A DNA stretch of 64,000 bases from an uncultured Ignavibacteriaceae bacterium. GTDB lineage: Bacteria; Bacteroidota; Ignavibacteria; UBA10030. Below the pieces are notes generated by a model, which had not been told where the DNA came from, did not search any database, and was given only the letters and a program-made list of their open reading frames with translations. A program made the translations under genes and the position numbers. This document shows, piece by piece, positions 1 through 9,614 of this stretch. The stretch is from positions 5,009 to 69,008 of the forward strand of contig CAYZRX010000002.1 in the NCBI GenBank assembly GCA_964480945.1, given 5' to 3'. Each line of letters opens with the position of its first letter. The first letter of the stretch is position 1.

Positions 1-3
1 GGC

Positions 4-732
4 ATGATTGGCTTAAGGGACTATTTACGGCTGGAGGGGCTGGCGCTTCGGTTGACGCCGCTGAAGGGGCAGGGTTATGCGAACAACCTCAATGAATTTC
101 GAATGAGGGCCAACCTCTTCACGGACGTCAAGACGCCCTCGAAAACCCCACAGCTCGGTTTTCTCTGGCGCGGACTTCAGGATAGCACGACCTACTTTGA
201 TGAAGATGTCCGGCGATTGATGGCCAACTACCGTCAGGCGTTCATCATGTTCGGGCAGCGTTATGTCAACGACAGGGGGCAGTGGGCGAAGGCAGAGGAG
301 ACCCTGGATCGGATGGAGAAGCTCATTCCACGAAACACCATCCCGATGGACTACAGAACGAAATCGTATGTCGCCAGTCTGTACTCCGCGGTCGGAAACG
401 ATAAACAGTACCGCGCACTCTCTTTCGAGATCATCAACGAGCTCAAGCCGATCGTCGAGCGGGGCGTCGCCGAGCCTCTCTCGTACGATAATCCGTTCGT
501 TCTCCTCCTCCAGACGTATGAGAATCTCCAGATGTACGATGAGGCGCTGAAGCTGGTGGATGTCATTCGCGCGACCTACGCCCGCGAGCCTGGCATCGAT
601 CAGGTCGCCAGCCAAATCCGGGGACGCATCAGGAGCGAGAAAACCTTGCTAGAACGGAAGGATTCGCTCGCGGCTGCAGCTTCCTCGTCGACCGCGCCAA
701 TTCAGAACCCGCCGGCAGCAAAAGGAAAATAG
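4..732 (+). CDS. C-terminal fragment of a larger protein whose 5' end lies outside the window; soluble C-terminal domain, possibly of a DUF2723/PMT-like membrane glycosyltransferase (weak guess from context with downstream MT and GT4 genes)
   Basis: ORF runs to position 4 with no upstream stop inside the window. Clean stop at 732. Next gene starts 3 nt later. No diagnostic motif recognised. Confidence 0.3.
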   Translation: MIGLRDYLRLEGLALRLTPLKGQGYANNLNEFRMRANLFTDVKTPSKTPQLGFLWRGLQDSTTYFDEDVRRLMANYRQAFIMFGQRYVNDRGQWAKAEETLDRMEKLIPRNTIPMDYRTKSYVASLYSAVGNDKQYRALSFEIINELKPIVERGVAEPLSYDNPFVLLLQTYENLQMYDEALKLVDVIRATYAREPGIDQVASQIRGRIRSEKTLLERKDSLAAAASSSTAPIQNPPAAKGK

Positions 733-734
733 GC

Positions 735-1526
735 ATGCCCGCAGCCACGTCGAGTGAAAAAAAATCTCGTCGTGAGGATTGGGAATCGTTCTGGGAGGAG
801 AAGCAGGAGGTTTCGCAGGTCTATTCCAATGCCGACCGCATTCTGCGAAACCTTCAACGCGTGACGGATCTGAAGGGAAAACGAATCCTTGAGATCGGCG
901 CAGGCACGGGCAGAGACAGCTTTCCCCTCGTCCAACAAGGGGGGATCGTCTACCAGCTCGATTATGCAGAAGGTTCCCTCCGCATTCTGAAGAAGCTCGC
1001 AGCGGAATCAAACGTGGAAGTCCGGATTGTCGGCGGCGACGCATTTCGGCTCCCCTTCCGCGATGGGGCTTTCGATGTGGTCTTTCATCAAGGGCTGCTC
1101 GAGCACTTCCGTTCACGCCAAGCGGAAGCCCTCCTGCGGGAAAACGTCCGCGTGCTGAAGGTCGGCGGATACCTTCTCGTGGATGTTCCCCAGCGGTATC
1201 ACCTCTATACCGTCGCCAAGCGCATCTTGATCGCGTTGAACAAGTGGTTCGCCGGCTGGGAGCGCTCATTCTCCATTCGGGAGCTGAGGGCGCTCCTCCA
1301 ATCTCTCGGTCTCATGCCTGTGCATGCGTATGGCGAGTGGATGTACCCCAGCTTCGTGTACCGCTCCCTCCGAGAGGCATTGAAGCATCTCGGTATCCGG
1401 GCCCCGCTGAGTCCGCAGGTGTCTCAATCGCTCAGCCGCGTCCGGGCTGCCGTGCGCTCGCGGATGCGGGAGACGCCCCTCTCCCTCTACTCAGGCATCT
1501 CGATCGGCGTTGTCGGAAGAAAATAG
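735..1526 (+). CDS. class I SAM-dependent methyltransferase
   Basis: Motif I ILEIGAGTGRD. Post-I acidic residue. LPFRDGAFDVVF motif II-like segment. 263 aa. Confidence 0.75.
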   Translation: MPAATSSEKKSRREDWESFWEEKQEVSQVYSNADRILRNLQRVTDLKGKRILEIGAGTGRDSFPLVQQGGIVYQLDYAEGSLRILKKLAAESNVEVRIVGGDAFRLPFRDGAFDVVFHQGLLEHFRSRQAEALLRENVRVLKVGGYLLVDVPQRYHLYTVAKRILIALNKWFAGWERSFSIRELRALLQSLGLMPVHAYGEWMYPSFVYRSLREALKHLGIRAPLSPQVSQSLSRVRAAVRSRMRETPLSLYSGISIGVVGRK

Positions 1527-1532
1527 GGGAGA

Positions 1533-2663
1533 TTGCGTTCCGTGAAGATCCTCGTGCTCAACTGGCAGGATATCAAGAACCCGTACGGTGGCGGAGCAGA
1601 GGTCCATCTTCATGAGATCTTCAAGCGGATCGTGTCCGAAGGCCACGCCGTGACCCTCTTCTGTTCTTCCTTCCCCGGTGCGCCGGCCGAAGAGCGAATC
1701 GACGGCATTCGTGTTCTTCGGGAGGGGAGCAGGAATTTCTTCAACTTCGTGGTACCGCAGCGCTACCGATCGCAGTTCCGTCACGAAGGATATGACGTCG
1801 TCGTCGACGATATCAACAAGATCCCGTTCTATACGCCGTGGTTTGTTCGGGAGCCTCTCGCCGGCATCGTTCATCATTTCTTCGGACGTAGCATCTTTCT
1901 CGAGGCATCGCTTCCCGGCGCCCTGTATGTGACCCTGGCAGAAAAACTGGCAGCCCGCGTCTACCGCGGCATGCCGCTTGCCGTTGTCTCGGAGAGCACT
2001 CGGCAGGAACTCGTCCAACTCGGGTTCCCGGCGCAGAGTCTCTCCATCGTCCCGAACTGCGTCGACCATTCGGTCTATCGACCTTCTGAGGAGCCGAAAA
2101 AAGGGCCGCCGATCATCGGTCACCTCGGCAGGTTGAAGAAATATAAGGGCGTGGATCACCTGCTGAAGGCGTTTCAGATTGTCCGGCAGGAGATGCCCGA
2201 GGTGCGGCTCAAGATCATTGGAGAAGGCGACTACCGTCCCGAGCTCGAACGGGAGGCCCGGCAACTGGCATTGGCCGAGTCGGTAGAGTTCACGGGATTT
2301 CTCCGGAAGGACCAGACGGTGAGCGCCTTGCATCAAGTGAGTCTGGCAGTGAATTGCTCGGCGAAGGAGGGGTGGGGGCTGACCGTGATCGAGGCGAACG
2401 CGTGCGGCGTTCCGGTCATCGCGAGCGATGTGCCGGGTCTCCGCGATTCGGTGCTCGATGAGAAGACGGGCTTCCTGTACGAATACGGGAACATCGAGCA
2501 GCTGGCTCAGAAGATCCTCCTCGTGCTGCGGGACGACCATCTGAGGGAGCGGCTGCGGGCTGAGGCGATTGAGTGGGCGCGCACGTTCGACTGGAAGGAT
2601 TCCGCCAGGAAGATGATCGACGTGCTGGAGGGCGCGATCGCGGCGAGGAAATTGAAAGGCTGA
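1533..2663 (+). CDS. glycosyltransferase family 4 (GT-B, retaining)
   Basis: C-terminal EGWGLTVIEANACGVPVIASDVPGLRDSVLDEKTGFL matches the GT4 E-x7-E signature. TTG at 1533; alternative GTG at 1542 has better spacing from the GGGGAG upstream. Confidence 0.85.
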   Translation: MRSVKILVLNWQDIKNPYGGGAEVHLHEIFKRIVSEGHAVTLFCSSFPGAPAEERIDGIRVLREGSRNFFNFVVPQRYRSQFRHEGYDVVVDDINKIPFYTPWFVREPLAGIVHHFFGRSIFLEASLPGALYVTLAEKLAARVYRGMPLAVVSESTRQELVQLGFPAQSLSIVPNCVDHSVYRPSEEPKKGPPIIGHLGRLKKYKGVDHLLKAFQIVRQEMPEVRLKIIGEGDYRPELEREARQLALAESVEFTGFLRKDQTVSALHQVSLAVNCSAKEGWGLTVIEANACGVPVIASDVPGLRDSVLDEKTGFLYEYGNIEQLAQKILLVLRDDHLRERLRAEAIEWARTFDWKDSARKMIDVLEGAIAARKLKG

Positions 2664-2859
2664 CGGCGTGGCCGCCGTGTGGCCTGTTCGCCCGGACGAC
2701 ACCTAGGAGCTTGCTGAAAAACCCACCCTCAAAGAAGAACTGAACCGCCGAGGCGCCAAGAACACAAAGAGATTTCTTCAATTCTGGTTGAAGAAAGCAA
2801 ATCTAATATCACCTTGGCGCCCTTTGTGTCTTGGTGGTTCTCTTTTTTTCCGCACCCTG

Positions 2860-3408
2860 CTAGAGAAGCTTCGACCTCAATATCCGGACGCACTCTTGAG
2901 GAGTCTCCGCATGCTGGATGAAGCGGGTGGGATCGTCGACTCCTTCCGACACCGACTCCTTCCCCAGGATTTCAACCAACCCCTTCCAAAAAGGCCCAAG
3001 CAGCACGACAGGTCTTTCCGGTATCAGCCTCTTGTTGATGAACTCCCAGACGTAAGCGAGCTCCAGCAGGGTTCCGGTCCCTCCTCTCAAGATAACGTAC
3101 CCTTGCGCCGAATCGACGAGCTTCGTTATCCTCTCCGCAAGCGATTTCGTCCGCACCTCGGTGTCGATCCACCTGTTCGCAGTGCGAGGAAAATCCTCAA
3201 CGGTGACGCCGATCGTTTCTCCGTTCACCTCTTTCGCGCCTCGCGCAGAAGCCTCCATAATGCCCCCGTATCCCCCGTTGCAAACGACGAATCCGACACG
3301 CGCGAGTTCTCGCCCAAGCTCCCAGGCAGTCAGATATTCTGCCTCCCCCTCCTGAGGCCTCGAGCTCCCGAAGACTGAGATGGTCTTGTTCATAACGGAT
3401 GGAGGCAA
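2860..3408 (-). CDS. LOG family protein (cytokinin riboside 5'-monophosphate phosphoribohydrolase-like, TIGR00730)
   Basis: GGYGGIMEA and RGGTGTLLEL (PGGxGTxxE-type) motifs. 182 aa. Confidence 0.75.
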   Translation of the reverse strand: MPPSVMNKTISVFGSSRPQEGEAEYLTAWELGRELARVGFVVCNGGYGGIMEASARGAKEVNGETIGVTVEDFPRTANRWIDTEVRTKSLAERITKLVDSAQGYVILRGGTGTLLELAYVWEFINKRLIPERPVVLLGPFWKGLVEILGKESVSEGVDDPTRFIQHAETPQECVRILRSKLL

Positions 3409-3424
3409 TATCGTTGAGAGCGTT

Positions 3425-5422
3425 CTAGTCCGTGAAAACCCAATTGACGCCGAGCTTGATGTTGCGGCCGGGCATCGGGTAGATGGGGGTCTCGAAGTAG
3501 CCGACGTCGAGCGGGTTCTCCCAGATTAGCGTCAGATAGGCGTCCCCGATCTTGGCGACGCCGTACAGATCGAGCGATGAGAACATGCCGACTCGCACAT
3601 CATTCTGACTTGCATAGGCCAGCATTGCCGGGATGAAATACAGGCCGTCCTGTCTCGTCATGAAGCGCCACCGTACAGCGAGCTTTGCGTCCAGGTGCCC
3701 GTCGACGAATTTGTTGCGGTAGGAGAATTCGTTTACGAGCGCGAGTTTCGGCACCGGGAGTCTCACAGTATCTTTTTCCTTTTCGCTGCTGTAGGTGAGC
3801 GAGCTGAGCAGCTCAAAGTTCCAGGCTCGCGCCGTCAGGCTGGAGGTGATGCCGGCCAGCGATACCTTCGGCGTGCTGATGATCTGCACCCCCGGAAACG
3901 CGCTCGAGCGTGAGATCGACCGGAACATGATCGCGTCGGAAATCTCCCGATCGAAAAGTGAGATCGACCAGTCAAAAGTGTTGCCGGCCCGGACCCACAG
4001 ACCGAGCTCGAAGAGACTGTGCCGTTCTCTCCCGACAGTGCCGGAGCGGACCACCGTCGAGTCCGTCCAGAAGAGTTCCTGAAGTGTCGGGAGCCGATAG
4101 GTGTGTGAGTAACCCAGAGAGAAGCCCATATACGACGCAAGCTTCCGGCTGAACTCTACGCCGAGCGAGAGGGAATTCTCGCCTCGGAGCTGCTCCATTC
4201 GGGCATCGAGATCCGTCGATATCAGATCTCCAAACTCAAGGTTCGCTCCACCCGTGACCGCCCAGTAGTTCTCCGCTCTCGGGCCGACCGTCCCGCTTTG
4301 GTTCACCACTCTTCGTTCGATTTCGGAGCCCAACTGGACCTGGCCCAGAGGAACGGGCAGAATCTGTTGGAGCTTCAGGCCCCAGAAGGAGGAGTGATGG
4401 TTGTCGGTGAGCATCGGAGGGCTTAGCGGGTCGTCGCCCTCTCGATAGTCGCGTTCGATGGTCGTGTAGTAGCCTGTGAGGTGGGATGTCTCGGACGAGT
4501 CGGGGAGGAGTCGAGCGACCGCGCCGAAGGTAACGTCCCGCCGCGAGACAGTCTGGCCGCTCGCCTGACTCTTGACGACGGCGGTGACCTCATCGTAGAT
4601 CGAGGGGCTCTGGCTGATGTCGACGCCGCCGTTGAATCCGGTCGTCGACTTGTTGTAGAAATCGCTCAGCCACACATTGAGCCGGTCAGAATAGTTGTAG
4701 CGGACCCGTGACCGAACGTTCCACGAATCGTAGGCCGAGTTTGGAAATCGACCGTCCGATACCTGGCGCTGGAACCCGAACATGACATTGACGCCGCGTG
4801 CCACGTTCTGCGTGAAGATTCCGTCGGAGAGAATGTGATTGAAGGGGCCCTGCACATACCGGATCTTCGTCATCGGCTTCACGTTGTCGTATTGATGTGT
4901 GACGAAGTTGATGGTCGCGGCCGGAGCGTTCGAACCGTAGAACAACGAGCGAGGCGTCGTGAAGACCTCGATCTGCTCGACATACTCCAGCGGTATGTCG
5001 TACAGGTTGTACGTGCCTGTCACCGGGTCGTTCAGCGGCCGTCCGTCCAGCTGGAGAGAGATGCCTCTTCCGTCGATCCCGAAAGCGTTGAGCTGTCCGG
5101 GCTGACCTATCTCCCCCAGTTGACGCACGAAAATCCCAGCGGCCCTCCAGAGCAAGTCGCCCGGATATTTCGCATCCGTCCAAAGAAATTGAGATGAATT
5201 GAGCGCGTCGATGGAGTCCAGTTGCTTGCGGAGACTGCCGATGGCTGGAAGGAACGAGCGAACGGCAATCCTTTCACGGACCGTGTCGGCCGGGGTCGCG
5301 CGGAGGCTGTCCAGGCTCGCCGTCTCCTGTGCTCTTGAAGGTGTCGCAGTGAACCCGACGAGGACGGTCAACGCAACAAGAAGGGGTCGTGCTTGAGTTG
5401 AGAGCGAAGGAAGATGCGCCAC
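3425..5422 (-). CDS. TonB-dependent receptor-like outer-membrane beta-barrel protein
   Basis: N-terminal signal peptide. Plug-domain-like DGRPLNDPVTG...YVEQIEV segment. Long beta-strand-rich body with alternating aromatic residues. C-terminus ...GVNWVFTD. Confidence 0.55.
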   Translation of the reverse strand: MAHLPSLSTQARPLLVALTVLVGFTATPSRAQETASLDSLRATPADTVRERIAVRSFLPAIGSLRKQLDSIDALNSSQFLWTDAKYPGDLLWRAAGIFVRQLGEIGQPGQLNAFGIDGRGISLQLDGRPLNDPVTGTYNLYDIPLEYVEQIEVFTTPRSLFYGSNAPAATINFVTHQYDNVKPMTKIRYVQGPFNHILSDGIFTQNVARGVNVMFGFQRQVSDGRFPNSAYDSWNVRSRVRYNYSDRLNVWLSDFYNKSTTGFNGGVDISQSPSIYDEVTAVVKSQASGQTVSRRDVTFGAVARLLPDSSETSHLTGYYTTIERDYREGDDPLSPPMLTDNHHSSFWGLKLQQILPVPLGQVQLGSEIERRVVNQSGTVGPRAENYWAVTGGANLEFGDLISTDLDARMEQLRGENSLSLGVEFSRKLASYMGFSLGYSHTYRLPTLQELFWTDSTVVRSGTVGRERHSLFELGLWVRAGNTFDWSISLFDREISDAIMFRSISRSSAFPGVQIISTPKVSLAGITSSLTARAWNFELLSSLTYSSEKEKDTVRLPVPKLALVNEFSYRNKFVDGHLDAKLAVRWRFMTRQDGLYFIPAMLAYASQNDVRVGMFSSLDLYGVAKIGDAYLTLIWENPLDVGYFETPIYPMPGRNIKLGVNWVFTD

Positions 5423-5436
5423 GTTCCGGTGAGGTG

Positions 5437-6291
5437 TCAGTTGGGTTCCGGTTTGAAAAGCGGCTGCGTGATCGAAGTGTGATAGCGGGAAGAGAGGTCC
5501 TCCGCGACTTTCTCAGCGAGCTTCTGGTCGCTGAAAAATCCGAAGATCGACGAGCCGCTGCCGCTCATCAGAGCGACCTCTGCTCCGGCCTTCAGCAGGC
5601 TCTCTTTGATCTGCCGTGCTTCGGGGTGAGCACCGAAGACGATCGGCTCAAATTCATTGCAGAGTTTTTCCCGCAGCAGATCCGGATGGCCGATGCTCGT
5701 GCGGAGCAAATCCGGGAGATGAACCCTGTGCCCATCCCGGGCGATCTTGAGGTTGGTGTAGGCCCATGTGGTTGAAATGCGGATCGGCGGCGTCACCACC
5801 AGGATCCAATAGGGGATGTTGACATCGAGCGGCTCCAGCCTCTCCCCGCGGCCTGTCGCGTACGCCGTCCCTCCCGTCAAGAAAAACGGGACATCGGAAC
5901 CGAGCGTGGCGCTCACCGTTTTGAGCTCTTCGTCCGTTATATCCAGCGTCCAGAGTTTCTTGAGCCCTTTCAGGACGGCTGCTGCGTCGGCGCTTCCACC
6001 GCCAAGGCCTGCTGCGATCGGAATTCGTTTCTTGAGGTTGATCTCGACACCGGTGTGAACGCCGGTGAGGTCACGCAGGACGTGAACGGCACGGAGGCAG
6101 AGATTGCTGTTGTCGCTCCCGAGCTCCGGCGAATCTGAGGTGAAAATGTCCCCTTCGTCGCCTTGAAGCATCTCCAGCTCGTCGCTGAGATTGATCTGGT
6201 GGAAGATCGTCTCGATGTCGTGATAGCCGTCGGGCCGCTTGCCCACGACGTGCAATCCGATATTGATCTTCGCGAACGCTCGGAGTCTCAT
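5437..6291 (-). CDS. ispE: 4-(cytidine 5'-diphospho)-2-C-methyl-D-erythritol kinase
   Basis: N-terminal AKINIGLHVVGKRPDGYH. GHMP-kinase motif PIAAGLGGGSADAAAV. Confidence 0.85.
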   Translation of the reverse strand: MRLRAFAKINIGLHVVGKRPDGYHDIETIFHQINLSDELEMLQGDEGDIFTSDSPELGSDNSNLCLRAVHVLRDLTGVHTGVEINLKKRIPIAAGLGGGSADAAAVLKGLKKLWTLDITDEELKTVSATLGSDVPFFLTGGTAYATGRGERLEPLDVNIPYWILVVTPPIRISTTWAYTNLKIARDGHRVHLPDLLRTSIGHPDLLREKLCNEFEPIVFGAHPEARQIKESLLKAGAEVALMSGSGSSIFGFFSDQKLAEKVAEDLSSRYHTSITQPLFKPEPN

Positions 6292-6443
6292 TTTCTTCAG
6301 GGTTCGGTCTGCGTCAAAAATACGTGATTAAGGGAGCAGAAGCAAGGAGGGCGCCCGAAGGCTGTTTTGATTGTTGTTCCTTTTTTTTGTAAGTTGACTT
6401 CGCTTTTGTCGCGTGAGGACCACTGAAAGGAGTCGGAGTCGAT

Positions 6444-7280
6444 TTGAGCGTTGCGGTTGGCAAGATCAAGATAGGTGACGGGGCACCGTTGGTGCTCATC
6501 GCCGGTCCGTGCGTGGTTGAGACCAGAGCGATGGTTCTCAAAACCGCTGAGCGCATTCTGCAAATCACGCGTCGTCACGGAATTCCCTTCATCTTCAAGT
6601 CCTCTTACAAAAAGGCAAACCGGACCAGTGCCCGGTCGTTCTCAACGATCGGCATCGAAGAGGCCCTCGCGATCCTCGCCGAGGTGAAAGAGCGATACAA
6701 TGTTCCCATCCTGACGGACATCCACACGATCGACGAGGTGGCGCAAGCGGCGGAGGTGGCTGACGTGCTGCAGATTCCGGCGTTCCTCAGCCGGCAAACC
6801 GACCTGCTTCAGGCGGCGGGACGCACCGGGAAGGTTGTGAACATCAAGAAGGGGCAGTTCCTCGCTCCGGCCGACATGAAAATGGCAGCGGAAAAGGTCG
6901 TTCTGACGGGGAACAAAAAAGTGTTGCTGACCGAGCGAGGCACGACCTTCGGCTACAATAATCTCGTGGTCGACATGCGGTCGCTTGCCATCATGCGGAA
7001 GACGGGGTTCCCCGTCGTGCTGGATGCGACCCATTCCGTTCAGCTGCCCGGGGGCGCCGGGACTCAAAGTGGCGGCCAGCCCGAGTTCATTTTCCCGATT
7101 GCCCGGGCTGGTGTAGCGGCCGGCTGCGACGCCCTCTTCGTGGAGACCCATCCGGACCCGCGGCGGGCGCTGAGCGACGCGGCGAGCCAGCTGAAATTGG
7201 ATTCGTTGGAGGAGTTGATCAGACAGATCACGGCGATCGATGCGGTCGTGAAAAAGACTGTCAAAAAGGGCCGGCCCTAG
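6444..7280 (+). CDS. kdsA: 3-deoxy-8-phosphooctulonate (Kdo-8-P) synthase
   Basis: Full-length similarity to KdsA: LIAGPCVVE, FKSSYKKANRTS, ILTDIH, VLDATHSVQLPGG. TTG start. Confidence 0.9.
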   Translation: MSVAVGKIKIGDGAPLVLIAGPCVVETRAMVLKTAERILQITRRHGIPFIFKSSYKKANRTSARSFSTIGIEEALAILAEVKERYNVPILTDIHTIDEVAQAAEVADVLQIPAFLSRQTDLLQAAGRTGKVVNIKKGQFLAPADMKMAAEKVVLTGNKKVLLTERGTTFGYNNLVVDMRSLAIMRKTGFPVVLDATHSVQLPGGAGTQSGGQPEFIFPIARAGVAAGCDALFVETHPDPRRALSDAASQLKLDSLEELIRQITAIDAVVKKTVKKGRP

Positions 7281-7292
7281 AAAAACCCGCGC

Positions 7293-7829
7293 TTGGCTGT
7301 GAAAGACTCAATTCGCTCAAAGCTTCGAAGAATCAAGGTCCTCCTGCTCGATGTTGACGGCGTCCTCACGGACGGAGGGATCTATTACTCTGCTTCGGGC
7401 GACGAGGCAAAGAAGTTCAACACACAGGACGGCTTCGGGATCGTGAAGCTTCAACAAGCTGGGATCAAGGTCGGTATCATCACGGGAAGGACCTCGGAGA
7501 TCGTAAAGCGAAGAGCGGAGGAGTTGGGCATTGATGAGGTCCATCAGAGCCTTGAGGAGAAGGTTCTCGCGTACGATGGGATCCTGGCCAAACTCAACGT
7601 GCGTGATGCCGACGTGGCGTACGTGGGGGACGATGAGCCCGACCTTCCGATCCTCCGGCGCGTGGGCTTTTCCGCCGCGCCTGCAGATGCGGCAGACGTC
7701 GTGAGACGATCCGTTGATTATCGGTGTAAGCGGAACGGTGGCTCGGGGGCAGTCCGGGAGGTTATTGACCTCATACTCTCCGTTTCGAGGAAACGCGGCG
7801 ATGGCAAATCACGAAGAATTTCCACGTGA
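7293..7829 (+). CDS. kdsC: 3-deoxy-D-manno-octulosonate 8-phosphate phosphatase (HAD superfamily IIIA)
   Basis: LLLDVDGVLTDGGIYY (HAD motif I) and VAYVGDDEPDLPIL (motif IV). Size matches KdsC. Confidence 0.8.
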   Translation: MAVKDSIRSKLRRIKVLLLDVDGVLTDGGIYYSASGDEAKKFNTQDGFGIVKLQQAGIKVGIITGRTSEIVKRRAEELGIDEVHQSLEEKVLAYDGILAKLNVRDADVAYVGDDEPDLPILRRVGFSAAPADAADVVRRSVDYRCKRNGGSGAVREVIDLILSVSRKRGDGKSRRIST

Positions 7830-8568
7830 GTTGACGGCCCAGGAGCGGGACCTCTTGCTCTGGCTTCTGCCCGCAGATCGCTCGGGTTATCTGGAGTACC
7901 GCAAGCTGATCGGTCAATGGCAGGTCGTTGGAAGGGGGAGGAGGGGCGAGGGAAACTACATCCTGGCAGCTACGGCAGAGCGGCCGGATACCGAGATGTC
8001 TCTTCCGCCGTTGTTTGCCCTCGGGGTCGTGGAGTCTCGAGAGGCAAGTGTTTCCATCAGCCTCCGCGAGCGCATCGAGAATCAGGTTGAGTTCGAGATT
8101 GTGAAGCTTCAGGGTGAAGGCGTTCCCGATCGGCTGGAGGAAATTCGCCGATGGAGCTACTCCACCTGGCTTCCATCGCAGCCATGCCCCGCGTGCGGCC
8201 GCTCGGTCCGGGGAGTCCCAATGGCCACGGCTGGCGGCCAGAAGATGGTCCTCGCGATCTGTGCGAAGGATAAGCGGTTGTGGATCTACGAAGAAGCTTC
8301 GGGCGTGAACCATCTTATTCCCGTAACTAACTTCTACAACGAGCTGATGCTCGAGAAGAATGTACGGGATCCCGAAGTTGCGCTTGATTCAAAGAGGCTT
8401 TTCACAGATCTGAGCTCTTGGACGGACGCGGAGCTTCTTCGAGCGTTTGCCGCGTACAACAAGCTGCGCACGAAGGTCAAACTGGAGTCGCCGATCCTTG
8501 TTCCACAGGAGCAGAGACCCTCGTGGGTCCGGCGCTTAGTGAGATCGATCTCACCCCGACAGGGGTGA
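7801..8568 (+). CDS. hypothetical protein with CPAC motif, embedded in the kds/lpt cluster
   Basis: Track ORF 7714..8568 overlaps kdsC. Internal Met (MANHEEF...) at 7801 gives a 29-nt overlap with the kdsC stop. No recognisable family. Contains CPACGRS. Confidence 0.45.
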   Translation: MANHEEFPRELTAQERDLLLWLLPADRSGYLEYRKLIGQWQVVGRGRRGEGNYILAATAERPDTEMSLPPLFALGVVESREASVSISLRERIENQVEFEIVKLQGEGVPDRLEEIRRWSYSTWLPSQPCPACGRSVRGVPMATAGGQKMVLAICAKDKRLWIYEEASGVNHLIPVTNFYNELMLEKNVRDPEVALDSKRLFTDLSSWTDAELLRAFAAYNKLRTKVKLESPILVPQEQRPSWVRRLVRSISPRQG

Positions 8569-8624
8569 TTCCTGCACCGGGGGAGAACCGTTTCTTCGTC
8601 AAGAACGAACTCGGGAGCAATCAT

Positions 8625-9614
8625 ATGAGCGTATCGATCGAAAAAGGAAAAGAAGTCATACGCATCGAGACGCAGGCAGTTGCCGCACTTGAACCCAGGA
8701 TCAACGGGAGCTTCGAGGCGGCGGTTGAGCTCATCATGGCCTGCAGGGGGCGGGTGATCGTGACGGGAATGGGGAAGTCCGGTGTGGTCGCGCGAAAGAT
8801 CGTCGCGACGATGAACTCAACCGGAACCGCGTCCGTTTTCCTCCATCCTTCCGATGCCGTCCACGGTGACCTGGGGATGGTGCGGCAGGAGGATGTGGTC
8901 ATCTGCATATCGAAGAGCGGCGACACGGATGAGATCCGTGAGTTGCTGCCGATGTTTCGGCACATAGGCGTCAAGGTGATCTCGATGGTCGGCAACATCT
9001 CGTCGCATCTCGCCAAGAAGAGCGACATCGTCCTGGACATCAGCGTGAAAGAAGAGGCGTGCCCGCTCGATCTCGCGCCGACAGCCTCGACGACCGCCAC
9101 GCTCGCGATGGGGGACGCACTGGCGATCGCGCTGCTTCACAGGCGAGGGTTCACCAGGGAAGACTTCGCGATGTTCCACCCCGGCGGAAACCTGGGCAAA
9201 CGTCTTCTCCTCCACGTGGAAGAGATGATGGTCGCGGGAGCTGGCGTTCCGGTCGTGCGTGAGGAGGTCCCCCTCTCGGAAGCCATCGTCGAGATGACCT
9301 CGAAACGCCTCGGCGCGACGTGCATCGTCAACGGCTCCGGAGCGCTGCGAGGCATCATCACCGACGGCGACCTTCGCCGGCTGCTTCAACGGACGAAGGA
9401 CATAACGAACGTCACCGCGGCCGAAGCGATGACCAAGAATCCAAAGACGGTCCGGAAGGGCTCTCTCGCAGCCACGGCCCTCGAGGAGATGGAATCGTAC
9501 AATATTACGCAGCTGGTGGTCGTCGACGAAAACCAGCATCCCGTCGGCATGCTCCACCTCCATGACCTTGTGAAAGCGGGGTTGGGAGGAGACTCTTCTG
9601 GAGAAGATTCGTGA
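8625..9614 (+). CDS. kdsD: arabinose-5-phosphate isomerase (KpsF/GutQ family; SIS domain plus tandem CBS)
   Basis: SIS motif VIVTGMGKSG. C-terminal CBS pair (ATCIVNG...GIITDGDLRR; ITQLVVVDE). Start moved to Met 70 of the track ORF (MSVSIEKG...) to give a 329-aa product. Confidence 0.85.
   Translation: MSVSIEKGKEVIRIETQAVAALEPRINGSFEAAVELIMACRGRVIVTGMGKSGVVARKIVATMNSTGTASVFLHPSDAVHGDLGMVRQEDVVICISKSGDTDEIRELLPMFRHIGVKVISMVGNISSHLAKKSDIVLDISVKEEACPLDLAPTASTTATLAMGDALAIALLHRRGFTREDFAMFHPGGNLGKRLLLHVEEMMVAGAGVPVVREEVPLSEAIVEMTSKRLGATCIVNGSGALRGIITDGDLRRLLQRTKDITNVTAAEAMTKNPKTVRKGSLAATALEEMESYNITQLVVVDENQHPVGMLHLHDLVKAGLGGDSSGEDS

Noticed and set aside
2664-2859. Possible terminator or small ORF in the convergent GT4/LOG intergenic region (ORF 2788..3378 +).
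   Set aside because: The ORF is antisense to the LOG gene. Hairpin candidates are weak and the T-run is not adjacent to a convincing stem.
7714-9614. Track start codons at 7714 and 8418 for the hypothetical gene and kdsD.
   Set aside because: They produce ~90-nt and ~150-nt overlaps with upstream genes and non-homologous N-terminal extensions. Internal Mets at 7801 and 8625 give family-typical lengths.
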